A stretch of DNA of 64,000 bases from an uncultured Bacilli bacterium (GTDB lineage: Bacteria > Bacillota_I > Bacilli_A > RF39 > UBA660): the NCBI GenBank assembly GCA_934183165.1, contig CAKPRZ010000005.1, positions 9,956-73,955 of the forward strand, written 5' to 3'. The position numbers and the translations under genes were made by a program. The notes under the pieces were generated by a model. That model was not told where the DNA came from. It saw nothing but the letters and a program-made list of their open reading frames with translations, and did not search any database. Positions 9,744 to 19,191 of the stretch are shown one piece after another. Every line of letters starts with the position of its first letter. The stretch's first letter is position 1.

Positions 9744-10616
9744 TTATTTTGCTTTTAATCTATAAAAATTAATACTAGGATGATTAAATAGTCTAACAGG
9801 TAAGTTGTTTGTACCAAGACCACTAGTTATATAAATATCAGTTTTATCAATCTTATAATATGGTTCAATATATTTATATTTTTTTATAATTCCACCATAA
9901 TAGGGAATTCTAAACTGTCCATTTAGAGCTTTACCTGACATAACAATACTTGGACTATTATTATTTAAAATATTATCTATATCATTAGGATTATTAACTA
10001 TATTAATTTGAAACACCTTATCACTATTTTTATTTTCTTTATAATTTTTCATTGTACCATGAAGAACAATAGGGGTAGTACTATTAAAATATATTTCTTC
10101 AGTAGAGTCATCCAAAAACTTAAAATTAGCTTCATTAAGAATAGAGATGGTATCTTCATTATCACTTGAAGATAGCACATAATATTTACCAGTTGTAGCA
10201 TTTATCTTTTTGAGATTAGTTATTATATATTCTTTTTCTGATTCATTTAATGAATATTTATGATGAATTAATCCTCCGGTAAAAATAACTAGATCGGGTT
10301 TTAATTCATTTATTTTTTGAATTGTTTTATTAAATAATGATTTATAATATTTATTGTAATATAAATCCCCAAATTGTATAATCTTAAATCCATGGAATTC
10401 GTTAGGCAAATTAGTATAAGTGTTTGAATATTCTTTAACAGTTAAAGTATCTGTTGATATGTAAAAAATATAAGATGAAATACATAACACTATTAATAAT
10501 ATTGCAAGAAAAACTTTTAGAAAACTTAATATAAAGTTTTTTCTTTTTTCTCTTTTTTCCTTGGTTTCTATTTTTTTTCTATTTTTTTTATTTTTTTCAG
10601 TACGACTTAACCCCAT
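9744..10616 (-). CDS. membrane-anchored metallophosphoesterase homologue with degenerate active site
   Basis: N-terminal TM. The YkuE/YaeI-like block order is retained (FKIIQFGDLYY, PDLVIFTGGLIH, MSGKALNGQFRIP, SGLGTNNLPVRLF), but the metal-ligand His/Asp positions are substituted. Confidence 0.55.
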   Translation of the reverse strand: MGLSRTEKNKKNRKKIETKEKREKRKNFILSFLKVFLAILLIVLCISSYIFYISTDTLTVKEYSNTYTNLPNEFHGFKIIQFGDLYYNKYYKSLFNKTIQKINELKPDLVIFTGGLIHHKYSLNESEKEYIITNLKKINATTGKYYVLSSSDNEDTISILNEANFKFLDDSTEEIYFNSTTPIVLHGTMKNYKENKNSDKVFQINIVNNPNDIDNILNNNSPSIVMSGKALNGQFRIPYYGGIIKKYKYIEPYYKIDKTDIYITSGLGTNNLPVRLFNHPSINFYRLKAK

Positions 10617-11311
10617 AAAATCATTCCTATACTCATAATATTTAATATTGTCATAATGGTATTATGAACTATATGCATAGTAAGAGGTGCATATATATTT
10701 TTTGTTTTATAGTGCATGTAACTAAATGAAAGACCTAAACTACAATAAGGTATTAAATATAGGTAATCATAAACATTTTTAATAGATGTAATAACGTGTA
10801 AAGAACCAAAGATAATACCTGATAATAAGACAAATAATGCATCATTTTTAAATGCTTTTCTAAATGCTTCTCTAAATACTAGTTCTTCAACTATAGGAGC
10901 TAAAATAGCAGTGTTTATTAACATAAAATATGGGGCAGTGGTAATCATTTGTCTAATTGATTTCTCATTGTTAGCTATTATGTTAGGTGAAAATTTATTT
11001 ATAATAATGTTTGAAACAGCCATAATTACTAAACCTAAAACCCATATTTGAAAAGCATCATTTAATATTAATGATTTGTTTTTCTTAAAATCTATCCAAT
11101 CTTTTTTAAGGTCTTTATGATAAATAAATATTAAGATTGCCGCTGTTACAGTACTTGAAAATATCGTTAATAATATTTTTTGGTATTCTGTTAATGAGTT
11201 AATATCAAGTTTAAATATATATATTGGTATTAATTGAAATAGCGAACTAATAAAGAATAATACTAATGTTATTACGAAGATAATAAATTTGTTTTGTAAT
11301 ATTTTTTTCAC
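10607..11311 (-). CDS. CPBP (CAAX/Abi) family intramembrane protease
   Basis: Polytopic protein with EELVFREAF (EExxxR), FGSLH and HIVHN motifs. GTG start. Overlaps the downstream gene by 10 nt. Confidence 0.8.
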   Translation of the reverse strand: MKKILQNKFIIFVITLVLFFISSLFQLIPIYIFKLDINSLTEYQKILLTIFSSTVTAAILIFIYHKDLKKDWIDFKKNKSLILNDAFQIWVLGLVIMAVSNIIINKFSPNIIANNEKSIRQMITTAPYFMLINTAILAPIVEELVFREAFRKAFKNDALFVLLSGIIFGSLHVITSIKNVYDYLYLIPYCSLGLSFSYMHYKTKNIYAPLTMHIVHNTIMTILNIMSIGMILWG

Positions 11312-11338
11312 ATTTTCCTCCTAATTATTATATATAAT

Positions 11339-11367
11339 ATTGTAAATTCAACTTGACAAAGTGTCAA
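11339..11367 (-). promoter_or_regulatory. sigma-A-like promoter of CPBP operon
   Basis: On the minus strand: TTGACA, 17 nt, TACAAT. The -35 is part of the palindrome TTGACAAAGTGTCAA (11353-11367). Confidence 0.5.
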
Positions 11368-11434
11368 TATTATAATTTTGATTTTCACTTTCAAAATTAT
11401 ATGATATACTAAATAAGAAGTGAAGGTGAATAAT

Positions 11435-11980
11435 ATGAAAAAATCAAATTTTTTATTACTTATTATTTTAGTTTTATTAACAATAGTTGGTTGCGGTCAT
11501 CGCCAAGCTGTTAAAGTAATAGATTCTGAATATATAAAGAAAAATGCTGGAATAATATTTAAAAATTATGCTATAGCAATAGATGAAGAAGTAAAAGAAA
11601 AACAAGAGTATGCTTTATTTAAAATTAAAAATACAGGAAGATATAAAAAAATGTTTTCTATTTCTAAATATACTCATGGCGACAAGCTTTTAGCAACCGA
11701 TAAATATATATATGTTTTTGCTAAAGAGGGTGGAATAGTAGGCTATGAATTAAATAATGGTAAATTAATAGAGGCAAATTTTGAAAATATTGATGGCTTA
11801 ATCTATTTCCCAATAGATATATATGGATTTGAAAATGACTATATATATATATCTTATTATGAATCTGACAAAAAGGATAAAGTATTATATGCTAAGATAA
11901 GTGCTGATTTGAAAAGTTACGTAAAAGTAGAAAATAAAGAAGATATTCCAAAAACGGTTAAAAATTACATAGAAAAATAA
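11435..11980 (+). CDS. lipoprotein, unknown function
   Basis: Signal peptide with lipobox LTIVG|C. GAAGGTGA SD before ATG 11435. Confidence 0.65.
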   Translation: MKKSNFLLLIILVLLTIVGCGHRQAVKVIDSEYIKKNAGIIFKNYAIAIDEEVKEKQEYALFKIKNTGRYKKMFSISKYTHGDKLLATDKYIYVFAKEGGIVGYELNNGKLIEANFENIDGLIYFPIDIYGFENDYIYISYYESDKKDKVLYAKISADLKSYVKVENKEDIPKTVKNYIEK

Positions 11981-12010
11981 AATAATAATAAAATGTATAG
12001 AGGGGATATT

Positions 12011-13315
12011 ATGAAATATTATTGTATAGGAATTAAAGGTGCTGGTATGAGTACACTTGCTAATATTTTATTTGATTTAGGTAATGAAGTAAGTGGTTAT
12101 GATGATACTATTAAATATAAATTTACTGAAGAAGGTTTGAATAACAGAGGAATTAAAATATTTCATGAACCACATGAAATAGATAAAGATACAATCGTAA
12201 CTTATTCAAAGGCATTTTCTAACGATCATCCAGAGATAAAACGTATAAAAGATTTAGGACTTACTACAAGAGATTATAATCAAGTAGTGGGAGATGTTAC
12301 AGCAATGTTTGAAACGATTGGTGTTAGTGGTACACATGGTAAGACTACAACTAGTCTCTTAATAAGCGATATATTAAAAAATACTGTTGGTTGTAATTAT
12401 TTTGTTGGTGATGGTACTGGGTATGCTGATAAAAAAAATAAGTTGTTTGTAATAGAATCAGATGAATTTAATAAGCATTTTTTAGCTTATCATCCTACTG
12501 TTGCTATAATAACAAACATAGAGCTTGATCATACTGAATGCTATCCAGGTGGTATTGATGAAATTAAAGATACTTTTAGAAAATTTGGCAACAAGTCAGA
12601 ATTAATAGTGGCATGTGGTGACGATGCAAACATAAGAGACATAAAGTTTGACAAAAAAGTTATTTATTATGGCTTTAATGATAATAATAACGTAATTGCT
12701 AAAAACATTAAATTAACTTCACAAGGAGCACAATTTGATGTTTATATAGATGGAGTATTGTTTGATAGCTACCAATTACCATTGTTTGGAAAACACATGA
12801 TTTTAAATGCACTATCTGCTATTATTGTTGCTAATAGATATAACATAAATAAAAGTGAAATAAAAAAATATATTAGTAATTTTCAAGGCGCTAAAAGGCG
12901 TTTTAGAGAAGAAGATATTAATGGATATATTATAATAGATGATTATGCTCATCATCCTACTGAGATAGCAGTAACTATAGATGCAGCTCGTCAAAAATAT
13001 CCTGATAGAGAAGTGGTCGCTGTTTTCTTACCAAACACTTACTCTAGGACAGAAGCCCTTATGGATGAGTTTGCTGATGCATTATCTAAAGCAGATAAAT
13101 CTTATATTATGGATATATATTGTGATAGAGAACGTCAGAGTGATTATCCAAATGTTAACTCTGATACATTGATAAATAAAGTCCAAAAAGCTGAAAAAAT
13201 AAGTATAGATACAGTTGATAAGTTACTAAAACATAAAAATGCAGTAATATGCTTTATGAGCTGTACTAATATATATATATTGCTAGACGAATTTAAAAAG
13301 AAAATTACCTGTTAA
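12011..13315 (+). CDS. murC: UDP-N-acetylmuramate--L-alanine ligase MurC
   Basis: GIKGAGMS N-terminus, GVSGTHGKTTT P-loop and DDYAHHPTE motif. Confidence 0.9.
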   Translation: MKYYCIGIKGAGMSTLANILFDLGNEVSGYDDTIKYKFTEEGLNNRGIKIFHEPHEIDKDTIVTYSKAFSNDHPEIKRIKDLGLTTRDYNQVVGDVTAMFETIGVSGTHGKTTTSLLISDILKNTVGCNYFVGDGTGYADKKNKLFVIESDEFNKHFLAYHPTVAIITNIELDHTECYPGGIDEIKDTFRKFGNKSELIVACGDDANIRDIKFDKKVIYYGFNDNNNVIAKNIKLTSQGAQFDVYIDGVLFDSYQLPLFGKHMILNALSAIIVANRYNINKSEIKKYISNFQGAKRRFREEDINGYIIIDDYAHHPTEIAVTIDAARQKYPDREVVAVFLPNTYSRTEALMDEFADALSKADKSYIMDIYCDRERQSDYPNVNSDTLINKVQKAEKISIDTVDKLLKHKNAVICFMSCTNIYILLDEFKKKITC

Positions 13316-13347
13316 AAATTGAATTTATTTGAGCTAGGAGTGATTTA

Positions 13348-15954
13348 ATGCATAAATTTAACTATGATGTTTCTATAATAATACCCGTTTACAACGCTGA
13401 AGATTATTTAAGTGACTGTGTGGAGTCTATATTAAAGCAAAAATATGATATTAGTAAAATAGAAATTCTTTTGATTGATGATGGTTCAACAGATAATAGT
13501 TTAAAAATGTGCAAAGATTATAAAAAAAAGTACAATAATATTGTATTAATTGAACAGCCTAACTCAGGAGTTTCTAAAGCCCGAAATAGTGGAATAGCAA
13601 AAGCCACTGGGAAATATATAATGTTATTAGATTCGGATGATACATTGTCTAATAATGCTGTTAAAAATTTATTTAATTTTTTCGAAGAACATTATAACGA
13701 TGTAGATATTGTAACATATCCAATTATGTTTAATAGACATGGTAAGATTTCTAAGAATATTAGGTATAATGCTTATGACAAAGGAACTGGAGTTTATGAT
13801 GTAAATGAATATATATATCTTAATCAGTCAACAGTCAATATAATGATCAAAAATGAATTTGAAAATAATAACCTATATAATGAAAAAATGAAATTATCTG
13901 AAGATCAAAATTTTGATACTGAGATGATTATGAAAAAAGAAAAAATAGGCTATGTACAAGATGCTATATATTTTTATAGAAAATATGATGCAAGTGTATC
14001 GGCATCTAGGAATAATCCATATTATTGTTTTAATGATATTATGTCTTATAATGAACTATTATTAGAAAAATATAAAAAAGGCAATATAATTCCTAAATAT
14101 ATTCAATCATTAGTTATAAATACTATAAAATGGAGAATTAGAACCGATGAACTATTTCCATATTATTTGGAAAGTACAGAATTTGATAAGGCTATTAATA
14201 GGATTAAAAATATCATTAAAAAAATTGATGTAGATGTAATTATGAATGTTAGTGATATGAATATTTATCATAAACTATACCTACTTAAATTTGCCGATCA
14301 TAAAATAAAGACAAAAATAGAAAATGAAATAAATATTTATTGTGATGATAATTTAATAATAAAATTTGATACAATTGATGGCATAATATCTCGATTTAAA
14401 ATCAAAGAAAATAAGGCGCAATTATTGGGTTCATTATTAAATCCTTTGTTTGATGATGAAAAGCCAAATTTATATTTAAAAAAAGTTTATAGCGATGGAA
14501 GTGTAAAAGAAGAAAAATTGGATTTAAAAATATCAAACAACTCTTATTATCAAGCTTCTTTTAAAGTAACGTCTTCATATCAATTTGATACGCAGATTGA
14601 TATTAGCAATTTAAAACAATTTCAATTATATGTAAAAATTAAAAATAAAAAACTAAATATTATTTTTACATTTGACAAATTTGCTCCAAACAATTTTATT
14701 TCAGGGAATATAAATGCTTTGTATTCTAAAAAAGAACAGTGCTTTAAATTAAGAAAGAATACTATATCAAATTTTTTCAAAAGTAGGGTAGCAAACTTCA
14801 AGAAATGCCTATCAAAAAACAAAAAAGCTTGTGTTTATAGACTTATGCATTATGTTTATAAAACTAGAAAAAGCACTTGGCTTTATATTGATAGTGACAA
14901 TGAATTAGATAATGCTTATGAACAATTTATTCATGATTTTAATATAAATGATGGAGTAAATAGGTATTATGTTACAAATTTAAATGAAGAAAAAATTAAT
15001 ACGAAATTTACAAAATCACAAAAGAAAAGAATAATTAAAAGAGGCTCTTTAAAACATAAAATGTTGTATATAAATAGTCAGAAAATTATTACTTCATTCA
15101 TTGATTTACAAATATATTGTCCATTTAATACTTCTATAAGTTGTTATAATGATTTGACTAATTACGATTTAATATATTTACAACATGGAATATTGCATGC
15201 TGATTTAAGAAAAATGCTTAGCAAAGAATTTACTGAAATAGATAAGTTTGTTGTTTCTTCTAATTTTGAAAAAGAAAATCTAGTTAATAAATATAATTAT
15301 AACTTAAATGATTTAATTTTAAGTGGTATACCAAGAATGAGACAAATTGTTGAGACATCCCCAAAAAATAAAATATTATTTGTGCCATCTTGGAGAAAAT
15401 ATTTGATAGGTAATTTGGTCAATAACAAAAGAAAACCTAAAAAAAGAGATTTTATTAATTCTAATTTTTATAAAGGAATATATGAATTCTTACATTCTGA
15501 AGGTTTAAGCGAAATTTTAAAGCAAAATAAATTAGTATTAGATTTTAAATTACATCCAATATTTAATCCCTATAAGGATTTGTTTGAAATTAAAAATAAT
15601 AAACATATTAACATTAATTCAAATGATTTAAATATTAGTGAATATAAAATATTTATAACAGATTTTTCTTCATATCAATTTGATTTCATAAGGTTTGAAA
15701 GACCAATTATCTATTTTTTGCCAGATAAAAGAGAAATAAAAGCTGGACTTCATAGTTATAGAAATATAGATCTAAAATATGAAGAATCGTTTGGCAATCT
15801 TTGTTTAACTAGCAAGGATGTAATAGAAGAACTTAAAAAAATAATTAAAAATAATTGTGAAGCAAATAAAAAATATAAAGATAGAATGGCAAATTTTTTG
15901 TTTAATTATGATAATTCATGTGATATTATTTATGACAACTTAAAAAAGCAATAA
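13348..15954 (+). CDS. bifunctional GT2 glycosyltransferase / CDP-glycerol glycerophosphotransferase (TagF-like)
   Basis: The N-terminus has IIIPVYNAEDYL...IDDGSTDNS (GT2). The C-terminus has YLQHGILH, FVPSWRKY, KLHP and FITDFSSYQFDF (Glyphos_transf-like). Confidence 0.75.
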   Translation: MHKFNYDVSIIIPVYNAEDYLSDCVESILKQKYDISKIEILLIDDGSTDNSLKMCKDYKKKYNNIVLIEQPNSGVSKARNSGIAKATGKYIMLLDSDDTLSNNAVKNLFNFFEEHYNDVDIVTYPIMFNRHGKISKNIRYNAYDKGTGVYDVNEYIYLNQSTVNIMIKNEFENNNLYNEKMKLSEDQNFDTEMIMKKEKIGYVQDAIYFYRKYDASVSASRNNPYYCFNDIMSYNELLLEKYKKGNIIPKYIQSLVINTIKWRIRTDELFPYYLESTEFDKAINRIKNIIKKIDVDVIMNVSDMNIYHKLYLLKFADHKIKTKIENEINIYCDDNLIIKFDTIDGIISRFKIKENKAQLLGSLLNPLFDDEKPNLYLKKVYSDGSVKEEKLDLKISNNSYYQASFKVTSSYQFDTQIDISNLKQFQLYVKIKNKKLNIIFTFDKFAPNNFISGNINALYSKKEQCFKLRKNTISNFFKSRVANFKKCLSKNKKACVYRLMHYVYKTRKSTWLYIDSDNELDNAYEQFIHDFNINDGVNRYYVTNLNEEKINTKFTKSQKKRIIKRGSLKHKMLYINSQKIITSFIDLQIYCPFNTSISCYNDLTNYDLIYLQHGILHADLRKMLSKEFTEIDKFVVSSNFEKENLVNKYNYNLNDLILSGIPRMRQIVETSPKNKILFVPSWRKYLIGNLVNNKRKPKKRDFINSNFYKGIYEFLHSEGLSEILKQNKLVLDFKLHPIFNPYKDLFEIKNNKHININSNDLNISEYKIFITDFSSYQFDFIRFERPIIYFLPDKREIKAGLHSYRNIDLKYEESFGNLCLTSKDVIEELKKIIKNNCEANKKYKDRMANFLFNYDNSCDIIYDNLKKQ

Positions 15955-15973
15955 ATTTACTAGTGGTGATAAA

Positions 15974-16843
15974 ATGAAAAATATTATAGTTATAGTTGGT
16001 CCGACTGGTGTTGGAAAGACAAAATTAAGTATAGAACTTGCAAAAAAGATCAATGCAGAAATAATAAATGCTGATTCTATGCAAGTATATAAGCGTCTTA
16101 ATATAGGAACAGCTAAAATTAAAGAAGAAGAAAAAAAAAATATAGAGCATCATCTTTTTGATATTATTGAACCAATTGATATGTATACAGTATATGATTA
16201 TCAAAAAGATGGAAGAAAAATTATAGATAATATTTTAAAACGTAATAAAAAAGTAATTATTGTTGGAGGAACAGGTCTATATATAAAAGCGCTTTTATAT
16301 GATTATGTGTTTAATACGGAAAATCAAAATTATGATTTTTCAAATATGTCAAATGATACTATTCTTAATAAAATAAAAGAATATGGAGAGACTAATATCC
16401 ATATAAATAATAGAAAGCGCTTAGAAAGAACATTAACAAAATTGTTAAATGGAGGAGATATTAACAATTTAAATGCAAAAAAACTATATGATTTTAGTAT
16501 AATAGGTCTTACAACTTCAAGAGATAAATTATATAAAATAATTGATGAAAGAGTAGACAAAATGATTGACGATGGACTTATAGATGAAGTTAAATCGTTA
16601 TATGATGAAAAGATAAATTCAAAAGCAATAAATACAGGAATTGGTTATAAAGAATTGTATAAATATTTTAATGGTGAAATTACAAAAGATGAAGCTATAA
16701 ATTTAATCAAGAAAAATTCAAGGCATTACGCCAAAAGACAATATACCTTTTTTAATAATCAATTAAATGTTACTTGGTTTAATACAAATTATGATAATTT
16801 TTCAAAGACAGTAGAAGAAGTTATAAGTTTTTTGATTAAATAA
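15974..16843 (+). CDS. miaA: tRNA dimethylallyltransferase MiaA
   Basis: GPTGVGKT P-loop, DSMQVYK and IVGGTGLY motifs. Confidence 0.95.
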   Translation: MKNIIVIVGPTGVGKTKLSIELAKKINAEIINADSMQVYKRLNIGTAKIKEEEKKNIEHHLFDIIEPIDMYTVYDYQKDGRKIIDNILKRNKKVIIVGGTGLYIKALLYDYVFNTENQNYDFSNMSNDTILNKIKEYGETNIHINNRKRLERTLTKLLNGGDINNLNAKKLYDFSIIGLTTSRDKLYKIIDERVDKMIDDGLIDEVKSLYDEKINSKAINTGIGYKELYKYFNGEITKDEAINLIKKNSRHYAKRQYTFFNNQLNVTWFNTNYDNFSKTVEEVISFLIK

Positions 16844-16890
16844 TAAGTGTCTATTAAAAGTGTCAATATTACTTTTTTTAATACTTTTTT

Positions 16891-16919
16891 GTGACATTTA
16901 TTAAACATAGTGTTAAAAT
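16891..16919 (+). promoter_or_regulatory. extended -10 promoter candidate for 16953 gene
   Basis: GTGACA, 17 nt (including TGt), then TAAAAT. Confidence 0.4.
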
Positions 16920-16952
16920 ATTAATTGTCAGAAATAAATAAGAGGTGAATTT

Positions 16953-17843
16953 ATGAACTCTTTAATAGATTTTATATCAAATAATGAAGTTTCTATAATG
17001 ATTGCACTTTTAGTTACAATTATCTTGTTAACTATTATTGTACTCATTACGGATGCTCTTAATAAAAGAAAAAACAAAAAAGATGTTAAAGAACTATTAA
17101 ATAATCATGATACAGATATTACAGACGTATTTAAAGAAGATATAAATGAAGAAAACATTGCTAAAACGCAAGAATATACGATGGATCTAGAACAATATAA
17201 TGATGTCATTGATAACGATAATAAGTTAACAGAGATTAAATATGTAGAAGATGATGAAGAATTAGAAAAAACAAAAGCTCAATTAGAACTTAAAAACCTA
17301 AAAGAAGAACTTATAAAGGCTGATATCAAAGAAAAAGAAGAGGCTAAAAAGAAACTAGAGTTAGAAAAACAACAAGATGAAGTTATTGACGTTATTGATA
17401 TTGATAATAATACAATTGATAAATTTGAACAGGAGCAAGAAGAAAATGCAATTATAAGCTTAGATGAATTTAATAAGGTTAGTGATAAAATTTATGATGA
17501 AAATGAAGAAATTCAATATAAAGATGAAGGCAATGAACCAATTAGTATTCAGGAATTAGAAGCTTTATATAATACTAAAGAATTGAAGGCAATTAAGATT
17601 GATGAAGAAATAGTAAAACCAACTATTTCAAAATCAGAAACTAAAATTAGGGAAAAAGAAAATGATTATAAATTTCAAAAAAGTCCTATTATTTCGCCAG
17701 TATTTGGCCTAGATAATGATGAGAGTGTAAATACTATTGCGCTAGAAAATACAGCTAATCTTGATAAACTAAGTGAAGAAATCAAACGTACAAATGAATT
17801 TTTAAATACATTAAGGGAACTAAGAAAAAACCTACAAAAGTGA
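16953..17843 (+). CDS. membrane-anchored acidic coiled-coil protein, unknown function
   Basis: N-terminal TM (IMIALLVTIILLTIIVLI) followed by about 250 aa of E/K/D-rich sequence. Has its own promoter-like element and terminator. Confidence 0.6.
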   Translation: MNSLIDFISNNEVSIMIALLVTIILLTIIVLITDALNKRKNKKDVKELLNNHDTDITDVFKEDINEENIAKTQEYTMDLEQYNDVIDNDNKLTEIKYVEDDEELEKTKAQLELKNLKEELIKADIKEKEEAKKKLELEKQQDEVIDVIDIDNNTIDKFEQEQEENAIISLDEFNKVSDKIYDENEEIQYKDEGNEPISIQELEALYNTKELKAIKIDEEIVKPTISKSETKIREKENDYKFQKSPIISPVFGLDNDESVNTIALENTANLDKLSEEIKRTNEFLNTLRELRKNLQK

Positions 17844-17872
17844 TATAAATCTTTATATCTCTTTTTATTTTT
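17842..17872 (+). terminator. intrinsic terminator
   Basis: GATATAAA-tc-TTTATATC followed by a T-rich tract. Confidence 0.6.
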
Positions 17873-17880
17873 GCTATAAT
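17872..17880 (+). promoter_or_regulatory. extended -10 element upstream of mtaB
   Basis: TGcTATAAT lies 29 nt before ATG 17909. Confidence 0.45.
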
Positions 17881-17908
17881 ATTACTGTTTGTAAAGGAAG
17901 TTGATTGT

Positions 17909-19177
17909 ATGAAAGTTGGAATATATACATTAGGTTGCAAAGTAAATACCTACGAAAGTGAATTTGTGACTAGTTTGTTAGAAAATCATGGATATCAAAT
18001 TTGTCTTTTTGATGAAGTCTGTGATATTTATATAATTAATACATGTACGGTAACTAATACTAGTGATATAAAAAGTCGCAAAATCATACGTAGAGCAAAG
18101 AGGAAAAATCCAAATGCTTGTGTTATTGCTATGGGATGCTATATTCAATCAGATAAAGATAACATTATAGATGAAGTGGATATAGCTATTGGAAACAAGA
18201 ATAAAAGCCAAATAGTTACATTAATAGAAACTTATTTTAAAGACAAGCAAAAAATTAATGCTTTGGATAGCAATTTCGATGAGACTTTCGAAGATATGAG
18301 TATTAGTAAGTATAATAATAAAACTAGAGCATTTGTAAAGATTCAAGATGGATGTGAAAACTTTTGTAGTTATTGTATTATTCCATTTGTTAGAGGTAGA
18401 TGTAGATCTAAAGAATTTAATAAAGTTATAGAAGAAGTTACTACATTAACTAAAAATGGATTTAAAGAGATAGTTCTAACAGGAATTCATACAGGTAACT
18501 ATGGTACTGATATTAATACTAATTTTGCTGCTCTTTTAAGAGAATTAGTTAAAATCAAAGGATTAGAAAGGCTTAGAATTTCTTCAATTGAAGTTAATGA
18601 ACTAACAGATGAAGTTTTGGAAATCATTAAAAATAATGATGTAATAGTAAATCACTTACATATTCCAATTCAAGCAGCTAGTGATCATGTATTAAAACTT
18701 ATGAATAGAAAATATGATCTACAATTTTTCATAAATAAAATTAAAAAAATTCGAGAAATTAAGAAAGATATAAGTATAACTACTGATATTATTGTTGGAC
18801 ATCCAGGTGAGACTGATGAAGACTTTGAAGAAGGAATAAAAGTATTAAAACAAATAAATTTTTCCAAATTACATGTCTTTCCATATTCAAAAAGAAATGG
18901 AACTGTTGCCGCTGATATGGAACAAATAGATGATAGTGTTAAAAAGAAAAGAGCTAGAGTGTTACTAAATTTATCAAAAGAGTTAGAAATAAATTATATG
19001 AACAATTTTATAGGTAAAGAATTAAATGTTTTAATAGAGCAAAATCATGATGGATACTGTGTAGGACATACTACAAATTATTTAAATGTAAAAATATATA
19101 ATCAAAACTTTGAAAGTGAAACTATAGTAAAAGTTAAATTAACTAAAATAGAGTATCCTTTTGTAATAGGAGAGTAA
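17909..19177 (+). CDS. mtaB: MiaB-like radical SAM methylthiotransferase (MtaB/YqeV type)
   Basis: UPF0004 N-domain (YTLGCKVNTYES), CENFCSYC radical-SAM cluster and a TRAM-like C-terminus. Confidence 0.75.
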   Translation: MKVGIYTLGCKVNTYESEFVTSLLENHGYQICLFDEVCDIYIINTCTVTNTSDIKSRKIIRRAKRKNPNACVIAMGCYIQSDKDNIIDEVDIAIGNKNKSQIVTLIETYFKDKQKINALDSNFDETFEDMSISKYNNKTRAFVKIQDGCENFCSYCIIPFVRGRCRSKEFNKVIEEVTTLTKNGFKEIVLTGIHTGNYGTDINTNFAALLRELVKIKGLERLRISSIEVNELTDEVLEIIKNNDVIVNHLHIPIQAASDHVLKLMNRKYDLQFFINKIKKIREIKKDISITTDIIVGHPGETDEDFEEGIKVLKQINFSKLHVFPYSKRNGTVAADMEQIDDSVKKKRARVLLNLSKELEINYMNNFIGKELNVLIEQNHDGYCVGHTTNYLNVKIYNQNFESETIVKVKLTKIEYPFVIGE

Positions 19178-19191
19178 TCTCTCTTTTTTAT

